A stretch of 64,000 bases of DNA from Acidimicrobiales bacterium (GCA_963662645.2 OY759762.1:1933160-1997159); one strand, 5' to 3'. Shown: positions 17,775 through 27,465, counted from the first letter of the stretch. Program-made: numbers and translations. The notes: generated from the sequence alone by a model not told the origin.

Positions 17775-19045
17775 GGCCCGAGACCCGCGAAGCGCTCTCG
17801 GCCGCGTTGTCCGCCGCTTCGGGGTTGATGCGGCTCTTCGATGCTGCTGGACATCGACTGTTCCTCGTGGGTGGCGTCGTGCGGGAGGCCGTCGCCGGTC
17901 GCTTTCTCACCGGAGCGGACCTCGACTGCACGACCGACGCCCGCCCGGCGACAGTTCGGCTGATCGTCGGCCGCGTGGCCACGTCGCTGTGGACCCAGGG
18001 GGAGCGATTCGGCACCATCGGCTGCGTCGTGGACGGGCAGGCCTTCGAGATCACCACCCACCGAGCCGAGCACTATGAGGTGCACTCGCGCAAGCCCGCG
18101 GTGGCCTTCGGGGACGACGTGGTCCAGGACCTCGCCCGTCGCGACTTCACCATCAACGCCATGGCCGTCGACACCGCCGACGGCACCCTGGTCGACCCGT
18201 ACGGCGGGCGCGGCGACCTGGCCGCCCGAGTGCTGCGCACGCCGCTCGATCCCACCGTCTCGTTCAGTGACGATCCCCTGCGGATGTTGCGAGCGGCACG
18301 GTTCATCGCCAGCCACAGGCTGGTACCCGATGGCGCCCTCACCGGTGCGGTGCAGGCGATGGCCGGTCGGTTGGACATCGTCGCGGTGGAGCGGGTCCGC
18401 GACGAGTTCGAGAAGCTGCTGCTGCTCAACGATCCGTCGGAGGGTTTCCGCTTCCTGTGCCGCACCGGCCTGATCGAGCGGGCAATCGCCGATCTGACTT
18501 GCGACAACCCCACAGAGATCGGCCGCGTTGTGGCCGCCGTACCCGCCGAGCCGGCTCTTCGCTGGGCTTCGCTCTTCGCCCGCGACTCAGCTGAGACCGC
18601 GGCTGCCTGCTTGCGCAAACTGCGCTGCTCGAACGCACTGGTCTCGTCGGCGGCCGCGCTGCTGTCGGCTCGGGCCCGACTGGCGGAGACCGGGAGCAGC
18701 CGCCCCGACGTGCGCCGGTTCGTCCACGCATGTCCGGTGCCGGTGGATGCCGCGCTCGCCTTCGCCGAAGCGGTGGCCGCGGCGTCCGGCGAGTCCAGAG
18801 ATCGGCTGCTCGACTTCGCGGACACCCTCGCCGAACTGCGGAGAATGGAGGACGTCGACAACTTCGCTCTCCCCGTCGACGGTGACGAGGTGATGGCGGT
18901 GCTCGGTCTCGACCCCGGTCCCGAGGTCGGTCGGGCCCTTGCCTTCCTGCGCGAGCGAGCCCTCGAGCAGGGCGTGCCCAGCAAGCGCGACGCGGTGGAA
19001 GCCCTGCGGCGGTGGCAAGCGACGGACTACTGTGCCGAACCGTGA
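17771..19045 (+). CDS. CCA-adding enzyme / poly(A) polymerase family tRNA nucleotidyltransferase
   Basis: LVGGVVREAV...DLD nucleotidyltransferase head, ERFGTI, RRDFTINAMA and DPLRMLRAARF motifs. GTGA overlap with the deacetylase stop. Confidence 0.88.
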   Translation: MRPETREALSAALSAASGLMRLFDAAGHRLFLVGGVVREAVAGRFLTGADLDCTTDARPATVRLIVGRVATSLWTQGERFGTIGCVVDGQAFEITTHRAEHYEVHSRKPAVAFGDDVVQDLARRDFTINAMAVDTADGTLVDPYGGRGDLAARVLRTPLDPTVSFSDDPLRMLRAARFIASHRLVPDGALTGAVQAMAGRLDIVAVERVRDEFEKLLLLNDPSEGFRFLCRTGLIERAIADLTCDNPTEIGRVVAAVPAEPALRWASLFARDSAETAAACLRKLRCSNALVSSAAALLSARARLAETGSSRPDVRRFVHACPVPVDAALAFAEAVAAASGESRDRLLDFADTLAELRRMEDVDNFALPVDGDEVMAVLGLDPGPEVGRALAFLRERALEQGVPSKRDAVEALRRWQATDYCAEP

Positions 19046-19149
19046 AGCCGAATCCGTACAGCCTGGCCGCCGGCGGCCGTGCCGCGCCAGACGGGTCGGT
19101 TCCCGACACTGAGAGCACGGTCGGGCCGAACGGATCGACCGCCGCGACC

Positions 19150-19500
19150 GTGGATTACCGGCTTTCGAAGGCGGCCACTTTGCGGGCATGGAAGTCAGGC
19201 CAGCTGGGCCGGCACGAGGTCTGTGACGCTCAACGCGAGCTGCACCGCAACGCGGAGTTCTGCGGTCAGCCCACCGGGCGCCAATGTCCGGTATGCGCGA
19301 CGGCGGGCCTCGTCGAGGTCACATATGTGTTCGGTTCGCGGCTGCCCAAACACGGCCGTTGCGTCACGACCCGTGCGGAGATGCAGCGCTTGCAGCACCG
19401 CGCCAGCCTGTCGACGGGCTATGTCGTCGAAGTCTGCACGGACTGCGGTTGGAACCACTTGGTGCGCCGTTACACGCTCGGCGGTAAGCGCTCGGCCTGA
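19150..19500 (+). CDS. DUF5318 family protein (actinobacterial, CxxC...CxxC)
   Basis: VDY.L......L.....G.....EVCDA......A...G......CPVC........V.G..L......EVC..CGWNHL pattern recalled for DUF5318. The start is uncertain and GTG 19150 was chosen. Confidence 0.65.
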   Translation: MDYRLSKAATLRAWKSGQLGRHEVCDAQRELHRNAEFCGQPTGRQCPVCATAGLVEVTYVFGSRLPKHGRCVTTRAEMQRLQHRASLSTGYVVEVCTDCGWNHLVRRYTLGGKRSA

Positions 19501-19611
19501 CAGCTTCGGTCGCCCGCTTGGCGGTCGCCCGCTTGCGGTCGTGGCGCGGCGAGCGATAGCCTGCGGACACCGCCGGCAGCCGCTGCGCGCTGGACGGGAA
19601 AGGAGCATCCG

Positions 19612-20457
19612 ATGGGCACGCTCTCCGCGCCCGCCATACGGGTACGCAAGGTTCGGGATGGTGCTGATCCGCTGGTGATGGTTACGGCGTACGACGCGCC
19701 GAGTGCCCGGGTCGTGAACGAGGCCGGCGCCGACTTGATCCTGGTCGGCGACTCTGTGGCCATGGTCGTGCTCGGCTACGACGACACCCTGCAGGTAACG
19801 GTCAAGGACATGGCACATCACGTCGCCGCGGTGGCCAGAACCAAGCCCGATGCCCACGTAGTGGCCGACCTGCCATGGATGAGCTATCACGTGTCGGCTT
19901 CCAAGACGGTGCAGAACGCGGCGCTGCTGGTCAGGGCCGGCGCCCATTCAGTGAAGCTCGAGGGTGGCCGAAAGCGCTTGCCGATGATCGAGCACATCTG
20001 CGACGCCGAGATCCCGGTGATGGGCCATATCGGCCTCACGCCCCAGTCGGTGCACGCCATGGGCGGGTTCAAAGTACAGGGCCGCAAAGCTGAGGCGGCT
20101 CGCCGGCTGGTGCAGGCGGCCAAGTCGCTGGCGCACGCCGGTTGCTACGCGATCGTCCTCGAGGGCGTTCCGGTGCAGGTGGCCGAGATGGTCACCGAGG
20201 CGGTGGAGATTCCCACGATCGGCATCGGCGCCGGCCCCCACTGTGACGGCCAGGTGCTCGTCTACCACGACTTGCTGGGCTTCGAACAGAGGCTGGTGCC
20301 GAAGTTCGTACGCCGCTATGCGGATCTGCATTGCGCCGCGACCGAGGCTGTGCGGCGCTTCGCCGACGATGTGCGCTCCGGTTCTTTCCCGACCCGGGAG
20401 GAGTCGTATCACCTGTCGGAGGCGGAACTGGCCGCGCTCGGAGCCGCCGGCTTCTAG
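19612..20457 (+). CDS. panB: 3-methyl-2-oxobutanoate hydroxymethyltransferase
   Basis: MVTAYD...AGAD.ILVGDS..MVVLGYD.TL.VT...M..H, VKLEGG and GHIGLTPQS motifs. Confidence 0.93.
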   Translation: MGTLSAPAIRVRKVRDGADPLVMVTAYDAPSARVVNEAGADLILVGDSVAMVVLGYDDTLQVTVKDMAHHVAAVARTKPDAHVVADLPWMSYHVSASKTVQNAALLVRAGAHSVKLEGGRKRLPMIEHICDAEIPVMGHIGLTPQSVHAMGGFKVQGRKAEAARRLVQAAKSLAHAGCYAIVLEGVPVQVAEMVTEAVEIPTIGIGAGPHCDGQVLVYHDLLGFEQRLVPKFVRRYADLHCAATEAVRRFADDVRSGSFPTREESYHLSEAELAALGAAGF

Positions 20458-20587
20458 GACCGGCGACCCTCTGGGACGTCTGGGGATAGCTTTGTGGATG
20501 GCTGGGGATGGGGCATCGGTCGGTTGGGATGGTCTCAGCGGTCGGTACCCTGAGCCTGACAGTGTGATCGGCTCCCGTTCCCCAGAT

Positions 20588-20633
20588 CGGGGCAGGTCCG
20601 TTTCGACAACACAGATCCCCCGACCCTGCCCCG
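20588..20633 (+). promoter_or_regulatory. Stem-loop in the rpsF 5' leader (possible autoregulatory leader)
   Basis: CGGGGCAGG (20588-20596) pairs perfectly with CCTGCCCCG (20625-20633). It ends 46 nt upstream of the rpsF start. Confidence 0.3.
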
Positions 20634-20679
20634 ACGAGGGGCCCCGGCTCTGCCGGGTCCAGAGGGAGGTGCTTGCCCC

Positions 20680-21024
20680 GTGCTGCGGGCCTACGAACTG
20701 ATGATCATCATCGATTCCGATGTCGGCCCGGCCGATGTGGACTCGGTGATCGCCCGAGTTGCCGCCCTCGTCGCCGACGAGGGCGGGACGATTGCGTCCA
20801 CCGACAACTGGGGTCGGCGCAAGTTCGCCTACAAGATCAACCACAAGACCGAGGGCACGTACGTGGTCTGGGAGATCGTGACGGCCACGGCCGGTCTTCC
20901 CGACACCGAACGGCGGCTGCGGCTCGCGGACGACATCGTTCGCCACAAGCTATTCAGGCTTCCCGACGACGAGACCGAGCGCCGCGGCCTCTTCGGGGAG
21001 GCCGCGCCGGCTGCGGCCGGCTGA
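20680..21024 (+). CDS. rpsF: 30S ribosomal protein S6
   Basis: LRAYELMIIID...NWGRRKFAYKI.....G.Y pattern. First gene of rpsF-ssb-rpsR-rplI. Confidence 0.93.
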   Translation: MLRAYELMIIIDSDVGPADVDSVIARVAALVADEGGTIASTDNWGRRKFAYKINHKTEGTYVVWEIVTATAGLPDTERRLRLADDIVRHKLFRLPDDETERRGLFGEAAPAAAG

Positions 21025-21042
21025 GATCCGGAGGTTTCTCTA

Positions 21043-21513
21043 ATGGGATTCGACAACACCGTAACAGTCGTAGGCAACGTCACTCGGGATCCCGAGTTGC
21101 GGTTCGCCCAGTCGGGGATGGCCATCGCCCAGTTCGGGGTGGCTTGGAACCGCAGGCGCCAGGATCAGGAGGACGAAGTGTCGTTCTTCGACGTCACCTG
21201 CTTCCGTCAGCTTGCCGAGAACGTCGCCGAGTCGATTCGCAAGGGTGCCCGGGTGGTGATCTATGGCACCCTTCAGCAGCGCAGTTGGGAGACGGACAGC
21301 GGCGACCGCCGCTCGAAGGTGGAGATACTGGCCGACGATGTGGCGCCCAGCCTGAAGTGGGCCACAGCCGCGGTCACCAAGAATGAACGGTCCTCCGGCG
21401 GCGACTACGGCCGCGGCGGCGGCTTCCGCGGCGACCGGGCCCCGAGGCCGGCGCCGAACCGCGGCGACAGTCGTTCGGCCGGTCATGCCGACCCCGACGA
21501 CGAGCCGTTCTAG
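21043..21513 (+). CDS. ssb: Single-stranded DNA-binding protein
   Basis: OB-fold N-terminus NTVTVVGNVTRDPELRF, Gly-rich linker, and acidic tip DDEPF. Confidence 0.95.
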   Translation: MGFDNTVTVVGNVTRDPELRFAQSGMAIAQFGVAWNRRRQDQEDEVSFFDVTCFRQLAENVAESIRKGARVVIYGTLQQRSWETDSGDRRSKVEILADDVAPSLKWATAAVTKNERSSGGDYGRGGGFRGDRAPRPAPNRGDSRSAGHADPDDEPF

Positions 21514-21543
21514 GCGGCCGGGAGGACAGGGAAGGAGACGCGA

Positions 21544-21975
21544 GTGCCCAAGAGCAAAGTGCGGGGCAAGAACCGCGACAACAACCGCCGCGCCAAGAAG
21601 AAAGTGAGCTTCCTCACCACTGAGGGAATCACTTACGTCGATTGGAAGAACGAGAAGCTGCTGCGGAAGTTCATGTCCGAGCGGGCGAAGATTCGAGCGC
21701 GGCGCGTCACCGGCAACAACGCCCAGCAGCAGAAGCTTGTCGCCGATGCCATCAAGCTGGCCCGCGAGATGGCCCTGGTTCCCTACTCGAACAGAGTTAC
21801 GACCCAGCGCCAGAACAAGGACCGTGACGGCCGGTCCCGGGCAGCCGGTCCGGTGCCCCGTCCGTCGACGCCGCCGCCGGCGGGTGCGTCGCCCGAGGAG
21901 ATGGACCATGCCGTCGCAGCCGAAGGGGAACTCGTCGATGTCACGGCTGGCGGCGCGGACGAGGACCAGGCATGA
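21544..21975 (+). CDS. rpsR: 30S ribosomal protein S18 with a ~60-aa C-terminal extension
   Basis: Core [30 protein letters not shown]...[20 protein letters not shown]. The ORF continues to an ATGA overlap with rplI. Confidence 0.9.
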   Translation: MPKSKVRGKNRDNNRRAKKKVSFLTTEGITYVDWKNEKLLRKFMSERAKIRARRVTGNNAQQQKLVADAIKLAREMALVPYSNRVTTQRQNKDRDGRSRAAGPVPRPSTPPPAGASPEEMDHAVAAEGELVDVTAGGADEDQA

Positions 21976-22421
21976 AGGTCGTGCTGCGCGCTGACGTGGA
22001 CGGGCTGGGCCGCAAGGGAGACATCTGCGAGGTTGCCGCGGGCTACGCACGCAACTACCTGGTTCCCAAGGGCTTGGCCCTGAGGTCCTCGCCCGGCGCG
22101 GCGCGGCAGGCCGAAGCGATGCGGCGCAGCGCGGCGATGCGCAGGGCGGCCGACCGCGCCGACGCCGAGGAGATCGCGGTGAGGCTGGCGCCGGCCGTTC
22201 TGACGGTGTCGGCCCGGGCTGCGGAGTCCGGGCACCTCTACGGCTCGGTGGGACCGGCCGACATCGTGGCCGCGGTGGAGGCCCAAGTGGGAGCGGTGGT
22301 CGACGACAAGGCCGTGGCGCTTGAAGCCCCCATCAGGGAGGTAGGCGCCCACACCGTGCTGTTCCAGTTGCACGCCGATGTGGAGGTGCCCGTGACTGTC
22401 GAGGTAACGGCACTGGACTGA
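21972..22421 (+). CDS. rplI: 50S ribosomal protein L9
   Basis: [37 protein letters not shown]-terminus. Confidence 0.95.
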   Translation: MKVVLRADVDGLGRKGDICEVAAGYARNYLVPKGLALRSSPGAARQAEAMRRSAAMRRAADRADAEEIAVRLAPAVLTVSARAAESGHLYGSVGPADIVAAVEAQVGAVVDDKAVALEAPIREVGAHTVLFQLHADVEVPVTVEVTALD

Positions 22422-22592
22422 TCCGCCCACAGCCTTCCACACTCGAGCGGCGAGATCCCCCGACGAATCCCCCGCGGCAGCACGATTTCAACAGGTCTCG
22501 TCCACCGCGGGCCGACGAATGTGTCACACCCGGTCGGTACCGTCGTGATGTCGCATCGGGCTTTGCGTGGGAGACATGAAGGGCGTCGATTC

Positions 22593-23987
22593 GTGAGCGT
22601 TACCGACAGCGCGCCGTGGCCCAGTGGGGGCACCAGCACCGTGGCCGAGCGGCGTGACGTGCGGGTGCCTCCGCACAACCTTGTGGCCGAGGAGTCCCTG
22701 CTGGGCGCGATGCTGCTGTCGCGCGACGCCATCGCCGACGTGCTGGAGACAGTGACGGCGGAGCACTTCTACCGGCCTGCGCACGCGCGAGTGTTCGAAG
22801 CGGTTCACAGCCTCTACAGCGCGGGCGATCCGGCCGATGCGGTGACAGTGGCCGAGATTCTGGAGCGCAACGAGACGCTGGAGGCCATCGGAGGCCTGGA
22901 CGGCCTGCTCTCGTTGCAGATGAACACCCCGGCCACTTCGAACGCGGCCTCCTATGCCCGCATCGTGAGGGAGAATCACACGCTGCGCCGCCTCATCGAG
23001 GTGGCGGGCGAGATCGCCGAGCTGGGCTACGGCCGCCCCGACGATGTGACCAAGGCCGTGGACTGGGCCGAGAACCTGATGTACCAGGTGGCCCAGGGCC
23101 AGGTGGGCGACAACACGGTCCAACTGTCGGACTTGCTGGACGGCACGCTGGACAGGCTCGAGGAGCTCTATGAGCGCGGCGGAACGATCACCGGCACCGC
23201 CACCGGCTACAAGGACCTCGACAAGCTGCTGTCAGGCCTGCAGCCGTCCTCGCTGTACGTGGTCGGTGGCAGACCGTCCATGGGCAAGACCTCGTTCGCG
23301 CTGGGCATGGCCGCGCATGCGGCCATACGGGGGCAGCGGCCGGTGCTCGTCTTCTCTTTGGAGATGGGCCACATGGAGCTGACCCAGCGGCTGCTCTGCT
23401 CTGAGGCGCGGGTCGACTCCACCAAGATGCGCGACGGTCGCCTCGACGACGGCGACTGGAACGGGATCAACGCCGCCATCGGACGGCTGGCGGAAGCCCC
23501 CATCTGGATCGACGACAACCCCAACGTGACGGTCATGGAGATCAGGGCCCGGGCGCGGCGCCTGAAGAGCCAGGTCGGCGATCTCGCCATGGTCGTCGTG
23601 GACTACCTGCAGTTGATGACCGGCCGTCAGAGCGCTGACAACCGCCAGGTTGAGGTGGCCGAGATCTCGCGTGGCCTGAAGATTCTCGCCCGCGAGCTTG
23701 AATGCCCGGTCGTGGCGTTGTCGCAGCTCTCCCGCAACCTCGAGATGCGCCAGCAGAAGCGTCCCATTCTCGCCGACCTGCGAGAGTCCGGCGCCATCGA
23801 GCAAGATGCCGACGTGGTGATGTTCATCTATCGCGACGAGGTTTACAACCCCGACAACACCGACACCGCGGGCACGGCCGAGGTGATCGTGGCCAAGAAC
23901 CGCAACGGTCCGACCGCCACCACCACGCTGGCCTTCCTGTCGCGGTTCACCACGTTCGCCAACTTCGCGGCCCGGCAGGGCATCTAG
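22593..23987 (+). CDS. dnaB: Replicative DNA helicase DnaB (no intein)
   Basis: PPHNLVAEESLLGAMLL N-domain, Walker A GGRPSMGKTSFAL, Walker B VVVDYLQLM, and RESGAIEQDADVV. The start is uncertain (ORF opens at 22521, ATG 22548 or GTG 22593). Confidence 0.93.
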   Translation: MSVTDSAPWPSGGTSTVAERRDVRVPPHNLVAEESLLGAMLLSRDAIADVLETVTAEHFYRPAHARVFEAVHSLYSAGDPADAVTVAEILERNETLEAIGGLDGLLSLQMNTPATSNAASYARIVRENHTLRRLIEVAGEIAELGYGRPDDVTKAVDWAENLMYQVAQGQVGDNTVQLSDLLDGTLDRLEELYERGGTITGTATGYKDLDKLLSGLQPSSLYVVGGRPSMGKTSFALGMAAHAAIRGQRPVLVFSLEMGHMELTQRLLCSEARVDSTKMRDGRLDDGDWNGINAAIGRLAEAPIWIDDNPNVTVMEIRARARRLKSQVGDLAMVVVDYLQLMTGRQSADNRQVEVAEISRGLKILARELECPVVALSQLSRNLEMRQQKRPILADLRESGAIEQDADVVMFIYRDEVYNPDNTDTAGTAEVIVAKNRNGPTATTTLAFLSRFTTFANFAARQGI

Positions 23988-24196
23988 TGTTCCTGGGCCA
24001 GAACCTCTTGGCGTGGCTGGTGCTAGCCCTGGGCGCGTCGATGGCCGCCGGCAACCTTGCGGCTCTGCTGCGGCCGAGACCGCAGCGGAGAGACCCGGCC
24101 GATCTGGATCGCGCTCCGCTGGGTCGCAGCATTCTCTACATCGTCATCGGTTCGGTGGCTGCGCTCTGGGCCGTAGCATCGTTGCTGTCGTCTTGA
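23987..24196 (+). CDS. Hypothetical small membrane protein (2 TM)
   Basis: 69-aa ORF with a GTG start overlapping the dnaB stop. Two hydrophobic helices flank a basic loop. Confidence 0.4.
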   Translation: MFLGQNLLAWLVLALGASMAAGNLAALLRPRPQRRDPADLDRAPLGRSILYIVIGSVAALWAVASLLSS

Positions 24197-24215
24197 CCAC
24201 CGAGAGGCCGCCTGC

Positions 24216-25526
24216 ATGACACCGTCAGCCTTGATCGGCAATGTAGATCCTGCCTCGCTCGACCTCGCGATGTCGTCACAGGCCCGCGCGCTGTATGACC
24301 GGGTAGTCGACTTCGTGGCCACGGAGGTGGAGCCGGTCACCGCCGAGTTCTTCAGGCTCGGCGAAGGCCGGGAGGAGCGCTGGGGCTACGGAGATGGCCA
24401 GCTCGAGTTGCTCGACGGCCTCAAGGCGCGGGCCAAGGACGCGGGGCTGTGGAACTTTTTCCTGCCCGACGCTGAGAGCGGCGAGGGTCTCAGCAACCTC
24501 GACTACGCCTACATCGCGGCCGAACTCGGCAAGAACCCCATCGCCCCGGAGTGTCTCAATTGCAGCGCGCCCGACACGGGCAACATGGAAGTGCTCGAAC
24601 GGGTGGGCACGCCCGAGCAGAAGAGGCGGTGGCTCGAGCCGCTCTTGGCCGGGGAGATCAGGTCCTGCTACGCCATGACGGAGCCCGCGCTGGCGTCGTC
24701 GGACGCCAAGAACATCGCCACACAGGCCGTGCTCGACGGCGAGGAGTGGGTCATAAGCGGTGAGAAGTTCTTCATCTCGGGGGCAGGGGACCCGCGCTGC
24801 AAGATCATGATCTGCATGGTGCAGACGAACCCCGACGGCCCCCCGCATCGCCGCCAGTCTCAGATCCTCGTACCGATGGACACACCGGGCATGGAAGTGA
24901 TCGGCCCGATGCGCGTCTTCGGCGAGGACGACGCGCCTCACGGTCACATGCACATCCGCCTCACCGATGTGAGGGTGCCGGCATCGAACATCCTGCTGGG
25001 CGAGGGCCGCGGCTTCGAGATCTCCCAGTTGCGCCTAGGACCGGGCCGCATCCACCACTGCATGCGCTCCATCGGCGCGGCCGAGAAGGCCTTGAACCTG
25101 ATGGTGCGCCGCGGCCTGAGCCGGGAAGCCTTCGGCCGCCCGCTGGCCCAACTCGGCGGCAACATGGAGATCGTCGCCCGGGCCCGGGTTGAGATCGAGG
25201 CCATGCGGCTCATGGTGCTGCGGGCGGCCAAGGCCATGGACACCCTGGGCAACGCCGAGGCCCGCATATGGGTGAGCGCGGTGAAGGCCTTGGTTCCCGA
25301 ACGGGTCTGCCACATCATCGACCAGGCCATTCAGATGCACGGCGCCGCCGGGGTATCGCAGTGGACGCCGCTGGCTCAGATGTACACCAACCAGCGAACC
25401 CTTCGCCTGGCTGACGGTCCCGACGAGGTTCATTGGTTTGTGGTGGGCCGGGCGGAGCTGGCGGCCCACGAAGGGCTCGGCGATCCGACCGAGGAGGCGC
25501 GGCAGCGACAGCTTGCCGGCAATTGA
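24216..25526 (+). CDS. Acyl-CoA dehydrogenase family protein (FadE / ACAD10-11-like)
   Basis: CYAMTEP..ASSDA, FISGAGDPRC and RLADGPDEVH motifs. Confidence 0.88.
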   Translation: MTPSALIGNVDPASLDLAMSSQARALYDRVVDFVATEVEPVTAEFFRLGEGREERWGYGDGQLELLDGLKARAKDAGLWNFFLPDAESGEGLSNLDYAYIAAELGKNPIAPECLNCSAPDTGNMEVLERVGTPEQKRRWLEPLLAGEIRSCYAMTEPALASSDAKNIATQAVLDGEEWVISGEKFFISGAGDPRCKIMICMVQTNPDGPPHRRQSQILVPMDTPGMEVIGPMRVFGEDDAPHGHMHIRLTDVRVPASNILLGEGRGFEISQLRLGPGRIHHCMRSIGAAEKALNLMVRRGLSREAFGRPLAQLGGNMEIVARARVEIEAMRLMVLRAAKAMDTLGNAEARIWVSAVKALVPERVCHIIDQAIQMHGAAGVSQWTPLAQMYTNQRTLRLADGPDEVHWFVVGRAELAAHEGLGDPTEEARQRQLAGN

Positions 25527-25578
25527 AGTAGCGTTCGCCCCGCAGAGACCGCTTGCAGAGCGTGAAGGAGGTCGACGC

Positions 25579-27465
25579 GTGACGATTACCTCGGAGCGAC
25601 CCACCCCCAACGTGCCGCTGCCCGGCGATGGCGAGCCTGGCGCCACGACGGTGGCGTCGTTGGCCCGGGACTGGGCCCGGCGCCGGCCCCAGCAGGTCGC
25701 CATGCGGGAGAAGGACTTCGGCATCTGGCAGGAGTACGCCTGGGACGAGACCTGGGACCTGATCGAGACCGCGGCCCATGGCCTGCTGGAGTTGGGCGTC
25801 GAGGTCGGCGACCGCGTGGCGATCCACTCCGAGGACCGGCCCGAGTGGGTCATCCTCGACCTGGCCACGGTGGCGGTGCGGGGCATCACGGTGGGGCTGT
25901 ACCCGACCAACCCCACCGCCGAGGTCGAGTACCTCATCGGGGACTGCACTCCGACGGTGTTCTTCGCTGAGGACCAGGAGCAGGCCGACAAGGTCCTGGA
26001 GGTCTCGTCGGAGGCGGCCTCGTCGGTCCGGCGCATCATCTTTACCGAGCCGAGGGGCTTCGGTGACTACGACGATCCCCGCCTGCTGTTCTGGGACACC
26101 TTCCTTGAGATGGGCCGCGGTCACCGCGAAGCCCACCCACAAGCGGTGGCCGATCGGATGGCGGCCGCCGCCGATGCCGATGTAATGACACTGGTGTACA
26201 CCTCGGGCACCACCGGTCCGCCGAAGGGCGCCATGCTGACCAACGCCAACGCGGCCTTCTGCATCGACAAGATCGTCAACGAGGTCGAGCGCCTCCCCGA
26301 CGGCACCGGCCCCAACTCGAAGGACCTCATCGTCACCTACCTGCCGCTGTGCCATGTGGCCGAGCGGATCTTCTCCACTTGGACGCTCGTCGGCGCCGGT
26401 CCGTCGCTGAACTTCGCCGAGTCGATCGAGACCGTCACCGAGAACCTGCGCGAGGTTCAGCCGACGCTGTTCTTCGCCGTGCCGAGGATTTGGGAGCGCC
26501 TGCACGCCCTGGTCACCATCAAGGGCAGCGATGCGACGCCGCTCAAGCGGGTTTTTCTGCGCTTTGCGATGGCCCTCGCCAGCATCATCGGGCGGAAGAA
26601 GGTGGCCAACGGCGGCAGCCACACGCTGGTGACCCGCCTGCTGTACGCGGTGGGCCAGCCTCTCGTGTTCCGGGCATTGAAGGAGCGGATCGGCCTGCGT
26701 CGCTGCCGCCACGCCGGTTCGGGCGCGGCCGCCATCGCACCCGAGGTGCTCGAGTTCTTCATCGGCCTCGGCGTGCCGGTGTACGAGCTCTACGGCATGA
26801 CCGAGAACTCGGCCGTGGCCACGTGCAACTTCGCGGGGCGCATGAAGCTGGGCACGGTGGGCGAGCCCTACTCCGATATCGGCCTGCGCATCGACGAGGC
26901 GACCGGCGAGATCCAGACCAAGCACCCCGGCGTGTTCGCGGGCTACTGGAACAAGCCCGACAAGACCGCCGAGACGTTCACCGACGACGGCTGGTTGATG
27001 ACCGGCGACGTCGGGGTGTGGGTGGACGGCACCCACGTGAAGATCGTCGACCGCATCAAGCACATCATCATCACCTCCGGCGGCAAGAACATCTCTCCCT
27101 CGGAGATCGAGAACAGCCTGAAGACCTCGCCCTACGTGAAGGAGGCGATGGTCATCGGCGACGGCCGCAGGTACGTGAGCGCGCTGATCGGCATCGAGCT
27201 CGAGACGGTGGGCGACTGGGCCCAGCGCAACAACATCCCCTACACGACCTACCGGGACCTCTCCGAGAAGGAGGAGGTCATCGAGCTGGTCTCCAAGGTG
27301 GTGGACGAGACCAACAAGAAATTCGCGCGGGTCGAGCAGATCAAGAAGTTCAAGATGCTGCCCAAGGAGCTCGACCACGAGGACGGGGAGCTGACCGCCA
27401 CCCAGAAGCTCAAGCGCAACGCCATGGAGGACATGTTCCGCGATCTGGTGGAGTCGATGTACTGA
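25579..27465 (+). CDS. AMP-dependent (long-chain-type) acyl-CoA synthetase
   Basis: AMP-binding motifs LVYTSGTTGPPKGAML, YGMTE, GWLMTGDVG and SGGKNISPSEIE. GTG 25579 follows GAAGGAGG. The upstream part of the tracked ORF overlaps the ACAD gene. Confidence 0.9.
   Translation: MTITSERPTPNVPLPGDGEPGATTVASLARDWARRRPQQVAMREKDFGIWQEYAWDETWDLIETAAHGLLELGVEVGDRVAIHSEDRPEWVILDLATVAVRGITVGLYPTNPTAEVEYLIGDCTPTVFFAEDQEQADKVLEVSSEAASSVRRIIFTEPRGFGDYDDPRLLFWDTFLEMGRGHREAHPQAVADRMAAAADADVMTLVYTSGTTGPPKGAMLTNANAAFCIDKIVNEVERLPDGTGPNSKDLIVTYLPLCHVAERIFSTWTLVGAGPSLNFAESIETVTENLREVQPTLFFAVPRIWERLHALVTIKGSDATPLKRVFLRFAMALASIIGRKKVANGGSHTLVTRLLYAVGQPLVFRALKERIGLRRCRHAGSGAAAIAPEVLEFFIGLGVPVYELYGMTENSAVATCNFAGRMKLGTVGEPYSDIGLRIDEATGEIQTKHPGVFAGYWNKPDKTAETFTDDGWLMTGDVGVWVDGTHVKIVDRIKHIIITSGGKNISPSEIENSLKTSPYVKEAMVIGDGRRYVSALIGIELETVGDWAQRNNIPYTTYRDLSEKEEVIELVSKVVDETNKKFARVEQIKKFKMLPKELDHEDGELTATQKLKRNAMEDMFRDLVESMY

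Noticed and set aside
22521-23987. Intein in DnaB, as in some mycobacteria.
   Set aside because: The ORF is about 460-488 aa with contiguous helicase motifs, and there is no insertion between the Walker motifs.
25315-27378. 687-aa minus-strand ORF. Similar long antisense ORFs lie at 28547-30280, 30007-31896, 37697-40312, 48874-50442, 49581-51548, 52382-53857, 55445-56770, 56810-58345 and 59993-61240.
   Set aside because: All lie opposite genes with unmistakable family motifs. They are Arg/Pro/Gly/His-rich with no recognisable motifs, and are the expected stop-codon-poor shadow frames of a high-GC genome.
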